The translations under genes and the position numbers were made by a program. A stretch of 64,000 nt of DNA from a virus (Duplodnaviria > Caudoviricetes): the IMG/VR virus record IMGVR_UViG_3300027374_000001; one strand, 5' to 3'. Position 1 is the stretch's first letter; every line of letters starts with the position of its first letter. The notes beneath the pieces were generated by a model. That model searched no databases. It saw only the letters and a list, made by a program, of their open reading frames with translations, and had not been told where the DNA came from. Below are positions 38,468 to 50,500 of the stretch, piece after piece.

Positions 38468-38491
38468 GGGGTACGGTTTAAACCGTACCCC
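38468..38491 (+). terminator. intrinsic terminator
   Basis: GGGGTACGGTTT-AAACCGTACCCC followed by TATTCTTTTTTGTC. Confidence 0.85.
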
Positions 38492-38508
38492 TATTCTTTT
38501 TTGTCTCG

Positions 38509-38520
38509 AACATTTCATTA
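38509..38520 (+). promoter_or_regulatory. late-type promoter AACA-N6-TA
   Basis: AACA-tttcat-TA; the motif recurs upstream of many structural genes. Confidence 0.65.
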
Positions 38521-38547
38521 ATCTACCTTAGAAGGGAGGATAATGAA

Positions 38548-41500
38548 ATGGCCAATGCATTAAGTTATATTAGAAATGTAGGAAAATCAGTAAAATATAT
38601 GTCTATTGAAGTTGCTAAAGAGATGAATCCCACTATCAAGGGATTTAATGATACTAATAGCAATATCATGAAAGATATGTATTTGTCGGTAAAGACATTG
38701 AAGCGCAAATCTAAAGAAATGCCGGCAAAAATAATGGAAAGCCAATATACTGAATTTGGTAGAACATTTTTAAGGAATCTTAAGCAAGATATAAGTACTG
38801 GTCAATTCTATAACAGAGAACGTATCAACGAGTATGACGAGAAAGCAACAATGTCTATGCTTGGTGATAACGGTGACGGTATGGACTTTGATTTTGGCAG
38901 TATGGATGATGGCTTAGAACAAACTGAAATGTCATCTAATGAGATGATGGATTTAGTGGGAGAGAAATCATCGACTGCAGTGGCTTCGGCTGTAGCAAAA
39001 TCAGCAGAATATATTATGCAAGGTACTGGTGAAATCGCTAAAGCACAATATCGTCAGATGAATGCTATATACGCCGGTCTTCATACCGGAATGGGCACTA
39101 TCAATAAGAATGTAACTGCACTTCTTCAGTTCTCTACAGAAACTACTACTGCTCATTATGAAAATTCTAAGAAATTTTATGAATCTGTAAATAAGGCTGA
39201 CCAAGAAAAGATAACTCTTTTAAAAGAAATATCTGAGAATATAAAAAAGATTAGCGATGCTGATTCTAAAGATTCAAAAGGATATTCTTCAAAGAAGAAA
39301 ACGTATTCTGATATGACAGATTCAGATGGTATAGTAGATTTAGAAACGTATTTTGAAAGCGTCAAGAAAAATATCAAGGATAGGGTGGGAGAAGTAACGG
39401 ATATGCTTGATATGATGAGTGATAAAGATATGCTCATGACGTTTGCTTCTTCACCAGTATCATTAATAATGCAAGAAATTATGCCTAAGCTTCTTCCTAA
39501 AGTGGTAAAAACTTCTATGGAGTCATTTAATAAAACTTTGGGCGGAATGTTTGGCTCAGCATTATTGAAACTTAAAGAAACTGCCAATGAAAAGGGCGGA
39601 TTCTGGGATTTGGCTTCTGATATTTTTGGAGTTAATAATTCCATGAAAACTACCCTTGACCCGTCTAAGTATGAAAAGGGACGAGTTCCTTTTGATGGTA
39701 TAACACGAAAAGCAATAGTAGAAGTTATACCTACATACTTATCAAAGATATATTCTGCTTTAAGCGGTAATCAACAAGATAGATTTGATTATGAAACTGG
39801 TAAGTTTGTTACCATGGACCAGTTACAAAAACAGCTTAAGGACGTTACTAAATTTTCTAGAGATAGTGCTATGTTCGACGTAGATGATTTAGTAAAATCT
39901 AAGATGAAAAAAGATGGGTTTAAATCTGATAAAGAACGTAAAGCCTTTGAAAGAGATTGGGAAGCTCTTAAAGACTACATGTTCAAGAATCAGAGAGTAT
40001 TTAATACAAGACAAAAGAAATCTGCTTCTTCTTATGGTCTTAAGGGTGGTATGGCATCTGAAGTAAATTTGGAGATATTGCGTCAAATGCTTGACGGGAC
40101 TCCAGAAATGATGATGCTTGCAAATAATATAATGCAGGGTCGAGATAGTGTTACTCGACAAATGAAAGAACTAGAAAGTCGAGGAGATTCTGTATTTACG
40201 GCTCTACAGAATGGTTCTGTAGAGCAGAAGAGCGATGCTGATAAAAAATCCTCTCCTATAGCCGGTATTAATAATGGTGTGATTAATGAATTAAAAGCTA
40301 TTCATAAAGAAATATCTTATATTCGGCTATATGGAATTAGAGGTAGGGGAGGTTCTAATAACAAGAGGAATGGACCTATACCGTCTTTTGATAGCTTCGA
40401 CTTAGATGCTTTATCTAATGTGAAATCTAGATCTGGAGATAAAGATTATGATAAGAATCATGCAGAATACGAAAACATTCCAGATCTTACTAAAGAGGAA
40501 ATCAAATCTTATGCTGCTGAAAGAATTGATGATAAATATGATGCATACGGCAGAAATACAAAAAGCAAAAGTTTTTCAGCGCAAGTGAGAGAAGCTCAAG
40601 GATTATCAGCTAAGGCCGCAGTTGTAGTTGAAAATATAAAGAACTTAGCTAAACGACCAGGAGAGTTCATAGCATCTGTATATGATAAAGCAGATGAAAG
40701 AATGTACGATTTCATTTATGGCCCTAAAGAAGATAAGACCGGAAAGAAATCGTTTTCTGGAAGATTATTTAATAGACTTGAGCAAATATTTGATAAATTC
40801 TCTACATTCATTGATGACACGATTATTACTCCGTTAAAGGCAAAGATTAATAAGCAAAACATTCACGATGCAGCTTCTAGATTCTTTTCTATGTTTGGTA
40901 TTAATCTCGATGAAACTGTAGATAAAATGAAACAATTCTTTTTTGGTAAAAAGAATGACGGAAAAATATCTGAAAAAGGATTATTTACAGATTTTCAACA
41001 GGGATTATCTAAAGAGTTTAAGAATGTAGGTAGTTGGATTAAAGATGCATTTGCTGAAGCTGGAGATGATTTAGGATTAGACGGTTCTAAAAAGAAACAA
41101 TCTCTTGAACTGAGTAAACAATTAAGAGATATTAAAATAAAATATGCTAAATTAGGCGGAAATACAGATGACCTGACTCAGGCTGCTAGTGGAATGAGAA
41201 TGGTAGATAAGACTGGTCTTGCTGTTATCTCTGAAGGTGAAATGATTATACCTCCGGATATGGACCCGCTTAATATAGCTAAAAGATATAGAAAAGAACG
41301 TGCTGTTAAGAACAAGCTTAAATCTAATGGTGTAGATAATATAATGATGTATGCCAAAGGAAAGATTGTTCAATTTGATAGAAATAGAAAAGCAAAGAAG
41401 GCCGTAAATGAATCTTCTGCTCAAGGTCACGAGATGACTGAAGAAGAATACAATGCGGAGATAGATGCAAGGAAAAAGGCACAAACTGATGAAAAGAAAG

Positions 41501-44500
41501 AAGAAATTCGTAATAATATTCTGAATAGTTTGTTGAAGAAATACCAAAAGATTTCAGGTAATAAGAAAGATATAGATGAATCTAGATGGAAATTTTCTGA
41601 TGCAGCTTCAGATGCTTTACGAGGTTTTGGTAATTCTATACATGATGTAGTTGAAAAAGAGATCAAAGAAAGTGGTTTATTTGGTGATGAGAAAGAAGTA
41701 GAAACTCTCAAGAAACGCGGAAAAAATCTGTTTCAACAAGCAAAAGAATCGTTACCTTCTTTAACAACTGGAGCTACACTTGGAGCTGGTTTGTCTTTGA
41801 TGACCGGGTTCATCGGTGGACCATTAATAGGAGCCGGAATTGGGGCTGCTGTAGGATTAGCTAAAAGGTCTGAATCTTTTCAAAATTTCCTCTTTGGGGA
41901 GCAAAAGGATGGAGAGTATCAGGGAGGAATAATATTCTCTAAAGAGTTATCTAATAATATACATAAATATCTTCCTGGAATGGCAAAAAGCGCTACTGTA
42001 GGTGGTATTATTACTGCATTACCTTTAGTTCCAGGAGGTCCAGTAGCTGGTATCGTTTTAGGTTCAGCATTTGGGTTTGCTAAGAATAGTGAAACTGTTC
42101 AAAATGCTCTATTTGGAGAAGGGAAACTATTTGAAAATAAAGAGCAATTCCAAAATAAAATGAGATCTGTTCTTCCTAAGATGGGAATAGGAGCAGCTGC
42201 TGGATTATTAGCTGGTCCGTTTGGTATGACTACTAATATTCTTTTAGGTTCTGCATTAGGTTTTGCTTCTGATACGGATAAGTTTAAAGACTTTATGTTT
42301 GGTGCGGTAGACCCCGAAACTAATGAAAGAACTGGTGGATTGTTTGGTTCCATTACCAGACCAGCTATTGATTTTTTCCACGACATGTTTGTCGAATTTA
42401 AAGGATTTGTTAAAGATAAAATTCTTGAACCTATTAAAACTGCATTTGAACCATTGGCCAATCAATTTCACTTAATGATGGATTCTGTTACTGGATTCTT
42501 TAAAGATTGGATAAGCGAAAAAGTTGGTCAGCCTATTCATCGTATGATGGAAAGATTAACTAAAAAGGTATTTGGTGGAATTAAATCTGTATTAGGATTT
42601 ATTTTGAAACCAGCATTTTGGGCTGCTCAAATGCCTATAAGAGCATTTAGTAGACTTGGAGACACAGCAAGAAAGCATCAAGTTAAAACTGGTGGTACCA
42701 GAAAAACGATGAGTGCTGCTGCTCGTAATGCATATCGTAGGTCTAAAGGCGCTAAAATGCTTATTGGCGGAAGAGATCACTTTGCTCAATTTGATGAGTC
42801 TCTTGAGAATATGGACTACGAACAGATAGAACAATTTCAAGATATGCTTGCTGGAGTTGAAAGCTCTAGGCTTACAGCGAAGAAAGCTCATCAGGAATCT
42901 TTTAATAAGATAAGAAATGTAGTATGGAGTAAAGACTTTGATCTTAAGAAAACTGCTGTTGGTAAAGAGGTATTACGACTTATTAAGTCTGGATATTATG
43001 AAGATGCTTTAAAGTATATTGATAGGCTCGGTACCGACCCGTCTAAAGGTGGTTTAACAGAGGAGCAAAAAGATAAGCTTAGAGGAGTTATTAACAAAGA
43101 AGCGTCTAAGATGAAAATGGCTGATAAGGCTAGAAAGTCTAGGCCAGAGGCTATGAATGAACTTTACGGACAATTAGGTAGTCTTGGAATGAATATGGAC
43201 AGAAAGTTATTTGATAAAATAACTGGTTCTACTCATGAAGTAAATAAAATAAGAGACATGCTTAATTATGAGAAGTCATTACGTGGTGGCCCAATAGCAG
43301 AGCAACTTGCGAATCCAAATAAAGTTATAAGTGAAGAACAGAAACAACGTCATACTGAAATTAAAGATAAATTAGATAAGATTATAGAAAATCTTACTAA
43401 GATTTCTGATATAAGCAGTTCATTATATACCGATGATTTAAAGAATCAAGAAGAGAGGTTTAAATATGTAAGTAGCCATGGTGAAGAGGGAGAGGAAAAT
43501 CCTGAGTTAGCTGAGCGTACTCACATTCTTCCGTTTATAAGACGTGGGGTTAAAAAGGTAGCTGGGGCTCCGATTAAAGGCGTTAAGGCGGGAAGCAAAA
43601 TAGTATCAATGACTACTGGTGCTGTTAAAGGTGCCGCTGGTAAAGTTAGAAATACGAATACTATGAATAAGGTATTCGGTGATAAAAATACCGATTGGAA
43701 AAAGAAAGCTGCTGTTGTGTCTGAAGGAGAAGCTATAATATCCGATGTTGATGACGCTAAGGAACACGCTGTTGGCTCTCTTGGAGGAAAAAATAGAAGA
43801 GAAGGAGCTAATCCTTTATTTGATTTATTTAAAAATATAGAAAAGGGTATTAAGCTAATAGCGGCATCATCTGTATCTAAAAGTTCTAATGATGGAATAG
43901 ATATTGATACCGCTGCTGCTAACAAAAAGGGTTCTGTAGTAGATTTTGTTAAAAAGGCTAAGAATAAAGCTAAAAATGCATCTAGATACATTACCCAATT
44001 TGTAGATGGTCACCCTATAAAACTATTTAAAGATAAAAATGGAGATCAAGAGATAGACCCGTCTAGTGCGGAAACTAAAAACTCTTTAAAGATTATTCAA
44101 GATAAAGAAAATACCCAAAAGGGTATCTTGGCTAGTCTTACTTCACTTCCGAGTAAAATCGGTTCATTCTTTAAGGGTGGAGATAAAGAAGAAAAAGAGG
44201 AATCTTGGTTTTCTAAAATAGTAGGAGGAATAAAAAATCTTGCAAGTATTATTCCTACTGGATTAAAGGTAGCTGGAGGATTAACTGCTGGAGCTGTTTT
44301 AGCAGAAAAAGCATCCCCGTACTTAGAATCATTCTGGAATGAAACTGTTCATCCATATTTATCAGCATCTTGGAACGGAGAAAAAGATGGATTTGGAAAG
44401 TTTATTTACTTCTTCAATCCGGCAAATCCAGATGGATTATTAGAAAAATTCAAAACTTTTATGCAAGAGGATTTTCCTACTATTGCTAAAACAATAGCTG

Positions 44501-47500
44501 CATATACAGGAGATGCAGTTAATTGGGCTTTAACCAATGTACTTCCTGGATTAGTAACATCATTGATTACCAATTTCCCTACAGCAATGGTTGGTGTCGG
44601 TAAAGGTATAATTGCTGGTGTCGATAACCTTATATCTGGAAGGAAAAAGAATGATGGTAAACTTGATGATGTAAAGGTTTATCCAGCAGGGGGAGCTTAT
44701 AAAACTGGAAATGCAGCTGCCCCAAAATGGATGAGAGATTCAGCTAAAGATATTCAGCTAGGGTCTTATGATTGGGATAATATGAAATTCGATTCTTCTG
44801 GTTCTACTGTCGGTTATGACATAGATAGTAATATATCTAAAGTAAGAAACATGTCTGAAACTGTAGAAGAAGCTAAGAAAGATGGCGTTACTCCTAATCT
44901 TAAATATGAAGATACTGGGAAGAAAACTAAATCTGGTACCAAGACATACACTGTCGGTGGAGCTACCGTTGTAAAGAAAGATCCTCTTAATGGGAAGCTT
45001 CCAAAGGCATTTAATTTTATACCAGAAGCTTATAAAAGTAAGGCTATATCCGAATATGAGAAGGTTAAATATGCTGTAGTAGATATGAGTGGATATGGTG
45101 TCATGACTGTAGGAGAAGTCCTTAATAGCGATACCGTGGTTCTAGGTGTAACCGGTGATGGAGAAGAAATTACTGGTTCTCATGCATTAGAGCATTATGA
45201 AACTTCTAAGATGCTTGGTATGGAAGTAAAGCTTTCTCAGGATGAAATTAAAGCGAATACTGCTGCTGTTGGGTCATATGGGACTACTACTGGTTCTAAA
45301 TTGACTAAAGGCGGCCTTAAGGGTATAACTCGAAGTTTGCTTGGAGCATCTACTGGTGTTAAAGGCGGTTCTAAGGTTGTTGAGGGTGGAGCTAAAGCTG
45401 TAGGAGCTCTTACTAGACTTATTCCTGGAGTTGGCAAGTATTCTCAAAAAGGTCTTAATAAACTTGGAGAAGGCTCTGCTAAAGGAATGGGTAAAGCAAG
45501 TAAAGGACTCCAAAAACTTGGAGTTAAACTTGGCCTTAATAAAGGAAGCATTAAAGAAAATGGTTCTACGTTATTTGAGTTCTTAGATGATATTGCTAAG
45601 GGAGATCTTAGTTATGATGAAGTAGCAGATGTCGTTAAAGAATTAGATGCTGAGAAAGCCGCAGAAAAGGCAAAATCGGCATCATCAAAGGCTGCATCTA
45701 AAGCAGCTAAGAAAACTAAAACTAAAAAGTCATCATTCTTTGATAGATTTAAGAAACCTAAAGAGGTGTCTGAAACTTTTGGTGCAGATGTAATCGATGT
45801 AATTGATGCCGATGGAACTGTGCTGAAACACGCTGATGACGGAGCAACTGCTGCTAGTAAGTTTGCTAATAATGTATTAGCTCTTCCAGGAGAGACCATG
45901 GATGGTAAGACGGTAGATGCCGTTGCTGGTCTTACTGAAAAAGCTGCTAAGTCTTCAACTACAGAAGTAGCAAAAACTGCGGGAAAAGAAGTAGCAGAAA
46001 AAGCACTAAAGGATGGTGCTGGAAATGCTTTAGGTGAAATTGCGTCTAGCCAGAAGAAAGGCATATTAGGTAAATTTATAGACTTAGTAAAATCTGGTAT
46101 TAGTAAAGTTCTTAATTCACCTGTAGTGCAAAAGTATTTTAAGGGAGCTATTAAGGGAATAGGAAAGGGAGCTCAAAAAGCTACTGCTAATCTTGATAAA
46201 CTTGGTGTTAAACTCGGAACTAAGGTTGCCGAGTTATTGGCAAAGCATGGCGGAAAAATGGGTGCAAAAGCGGCTGCTAAGATAGGTGCTTATGCCGGTT
46301 CTGCTTTGGTAATTTTAGTAGCAGATGCATTATTATCATTTACGCTTGGTGTTAAAAATGCCAATAATATAGTAGGTACAGTAGAACAACCTGATGCTTT
46401 TACTAGATTTTTATGTGGTTTAGCCAATTGTGTTAATGAAGTATTTCTGTTAGGTTTAGTTCCATTAAATCTTGTTGTAGATATAATCATTAAACTTGGA
46501 GAAGAATGTCTTGGAATGGACTTTGGTGAGTTATCCGAACAACGTGAAGAGGCACAACGAATTGTTGATGAGTATAATGAAGAGCATGGTACTGACCTTA
46601 CTATAGAAGAATATAATAATAAAGATAAGCTCTGGACCAAAGTAAAGAAGGGGGCAAGCGATCTCTGGGAAGGAGCTAAAGACTTAGGCGGAAAAGCCGT
46701 TACCGAAGCTAAAGAATTTGGCTCTGGGCTTTTAGATAAAGCTAAAGGCGTTGGAGACAAAGCTAAAGAGTTTGGTTCTGGTCTGTTAGACAAGGCTAAG
46801 GGGGTTGGCGATAAAGCTAAAGACTTAGGCGGAAAAGTTATTACTAAGGCCAAAGACCTCGGTAAGAAAGCCAAGGAATCCATAATGGGTAAATCTTCAT
46901 TCACTGAAGAAGAATTATCCGAACTCGATGAATATAATAAGAAAAACGGTACTAATATAAGTGCCGAAGAATACTATAATGGCGGCAGGATTGGTTATGA
47001 AATAAAGAAAGGTATAGATAATGTAGTAACTGGAGCTAAGAAGAGAATAGATACCGCAGTAGACTTAGCAAGTTATGCTGGTAAAGTATTTAAAGATACT
47101 TGGGATGAATTAGTTACTGGAGAAGAAAAGAAATCACCTGACCTGAAAATAGATGCTAATGATCCATATCATGACCATAAGTATCTTATCTATTCTACTA
47201 TAAAGATAGCAGCATTTATACCTGGACAAATAGCTAAACTTGCTAGAAATATATACGAAAAAGCTCTTAAACCATTAGGAGAAGGAATAGTTACTGTAGG
47301 AAAAGGAATCGGAAATACAGTAACTGACATGTTTACTAATGCTTGGAATGGCGATATCAAGAATGTGTTTACTGCAGCTAGTAGAAATGCTGGTTTTGAT
47401 GATAATGACATGCTTAAGTATGTATCCATGGGAGCAAATACTGCTGTAGCTTCAATGCTTGCTGTTCCGACCTTGTTGACTTCTGGTATAGGGTTTGTAG

Positions 47501-50500
47501 TTAGACATTTTGAATCATTCGTCGATGGCGTTAAAACCATAGGTAGTGGAATAGGAAAGACTGTGTCTGGAATGTTCTCTAGTGCGTGGAAAGGCGATAT
47601 GAAAGGAGTATTATCTTCCGCAGGAGAAAATGCTCAGTTTAAAGATAATCAGTTACTAAATACTATGTCTATGGGAGCTAATGGTGTAGTTGGAGCATTA
47701 ATTTCTGTTCCTACATTATTAACTGCTGGTGTTGGAGTAGTAGCACGTAACTTTAATAAAGTGGTATCCGGGCTTAAGACTATAGGTTCTAGTCTCGGGA
47801 AAAATGTGCAGAATATGGCCACTAAAGCATGGTCTGGACATCCTATACAAGCTTTGACGGATAATTCTGCTAATGCTAATACTGATAATAATCTAATAAA
47901 TAAGTTGTCTGCCGGTATAAATTTTGCATCTAAAGTAATGCTATCTCCGATGGTGTTCTTAACGGCTGCCGTTGGTAAGCTAAAAGACTTACTTAATAAT
48001 GTAGTATCGGGACTTAAAACTATTGGAAATAGTATGACCAGTATGGTTTCTAATGTAATGTCAAAAGCTACGTCAGGAGAAAATCCTGCGTCCGCGATAT
48101 TCACTACAGAGGGAGATGCAAGAACTGGTAATAAGTTAGTAGACTACACGTCTACCGTAATAAATACTATTGTTAAGATACCATTGACTCCAGTAGCTAT
48201 GCTTACATACGGAGTTAATAAAGTAGCTAACGGTATTAAAACATTTGCTAGTACCTTAGCTGAGGCTGGTACCTTATCTGATGATGATCAAAAGTTAGTA
48301 GATCAAGCTAAAGAAGGAGATATAAACCCGTTTACTAAGAAGTACTGGACAGTAAATACTAGTCTTACTGGTGTAGCTAAAGGATTTAATACGTTTATAT
48401 CTATATTCCATAAAGTAATGGCATTACCTCAAGCATTGGTAGGATATCTCAATCCTTTGTCATTGGCTAAGAAGGGTGCTAAATGGGTATTGGACAAACT
48501 CGGAATTGATGATAGCGAAACTGGTAGTGGAAGTGGAGCTAAGGGAGCTGCTATTACAACCGGAGTTGCCGGTGCTGCTGCTGGAAAGGTATTAGGCACA
48601 GCAACAGATGCAGTGAAAAGTGTAACTGGAGGCGGTTCCGGCCAAAAAGCTGCTGAGGAGAATAGATTTAGAAATGCAGTACGTAAATCTCAAGATACTG
48701 AAAGAGCTATAAATGAAAAGGTATCTGATAACACCTTTGTATCCCAGTTAGATCCTAGGTACGCAAATAAGAGGTTTAATATCAAAGGAGATACTCAGGC
48801 ACAAACTCTGGGTGATACCGGCTGTGCGCCAGCCGCGGCTACAATGGCTATAAATGGTACATTAGGTCAGCGTCAAGAGTCTATGACATCTGCTGCTAAA
48901 TCTGCTATTAAGTATAAACTCAAAAACGATGGGGTTAACGCTGCATACTTTAATGAAGAATTTGCTAAGAATGGAATGAGTGCACAGTATATTACTACTA
49001 GTGATTCTAACGAAAGAGCAAATCAAATTAAAAAGCATCTCTCTAATCATAATAGAGTTGTACTTCTAGGACAAGATCCTACTAATTCGTCTAAGAAGCA
49101 ATCTCCATACGGCCCAGATAAGCATTACATAGTGGCTAATGGAATGTCTAAAGATGGAAAATATATTTATATTAACGACCCAGAGTCAAGTAAAGCTAAT
49201 GTGAAATATCCAGCTAATAAGATACTTAGCAATTCTTCTTTGGGAATTGCTGCTGCAACTGCAAAAGGGTCTAATCTTCCTAATTTAAGAGATAAGATAT
49301 TATACACTATTTCTGGTAGAGGAGCATTACCTGGAAGTGACGTTGCAGAAAAGTGTTGGAACTACATCAGATCAAGAGGATGCAGTGAAGCTGCTACTGC
49401 TGGTATGCTTGGAAACTTCCAGCAGGAAACGGGAATGAATCCTGCTGTAGACGGAGGACCAGCTGCTGGATTGTATCAGATGGAAAAGAGCACCGGTCAT
49501 TTTGCACAATATTGTGCTTATGCTAAATCTAAGGGTTGTGATTGGACAGATCTTAAATGCCAATTAGACTGGCTATTTGAAGGCGGTAAGATGGAAGAAA
49601 CCTTCAAGACCTACACTGGTAAACAACCACACTATTACTCTACTGGAGAATGGTGTTGGTGGCCACAAAAGATGACATGGGATGAGTTCAAGAAGCTTGA
49701 TGATGTAGCTAAAGCTACCGAGATATTCGAGAGAGTATATGAGAGAGGTAGCATACCTAGAATGGATAAACGTATCCAGTATGCTAAAGAGTATTATCAA
49801 AGATTTACAGGCAAGTTTGTTAAAGTTGATGGTACTAGCTCGGATGGTGGTTCTGGAGAAGGAGAAAGCTCTCAAAGTAATTCTGGTACATGGGTAGATA
49901 AAGTTTATGGTGTATTTGATAAACTTGCTACTGCTTATGGACTGAAATCTAATGAGTCTTCTGGCTCTTCCGATGGTTCTTCTTCTGGAGGAGTTGTAGG
50001 AGGAAGCGATAAGCAAAAAGCATTAGTTAATCAAATGAAATCCATTGAAGGTAAGCTGGCATACGCTCAGAATAATGCACAGTTCCCGGGGCCGAGAAGT
50101 GCTGAGGGAGGTATAAGTTCTGACTGTTCAGAGACTTGTCAGTGGGCATATAAGAAAGTCTTGAACGTAGACCCTGGTTCTTGGACAGGAGCTATGGAGA
50201 CTGACGATGATACTTATACAGTAACTACAAGTTTTGACGAGTCTAAAATGCAACCTGGAGATTTAATACTTTATAACGGACACGTTGAAATGTATGCTGG
50301 GGATGGTCAGATGATTGGACATGGAGGACCCGGAAAAGGACCAACGACGAAGAAGCTCTCTGACCAAGGAAGATTTAGAATGATAAGAAGATGGAAAGGG
50401 TTTAAAGACGGAGGTGAAAGCAGTGGTTCTGGCTCCGGTTTATTTGTAGGAAGAGGAACTGACCCAACTAAGTCTTCTAAAAATGCAACCAATAAATTTA

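Noticed and set aside
39001-50492. Many antisense ORFs of 60-204 aa inside the giant tail gene and other long genes
   Set aside because: Shadow ORFs from codon bias on the opposite strand; no SD or promoter support and low-complexity translations.
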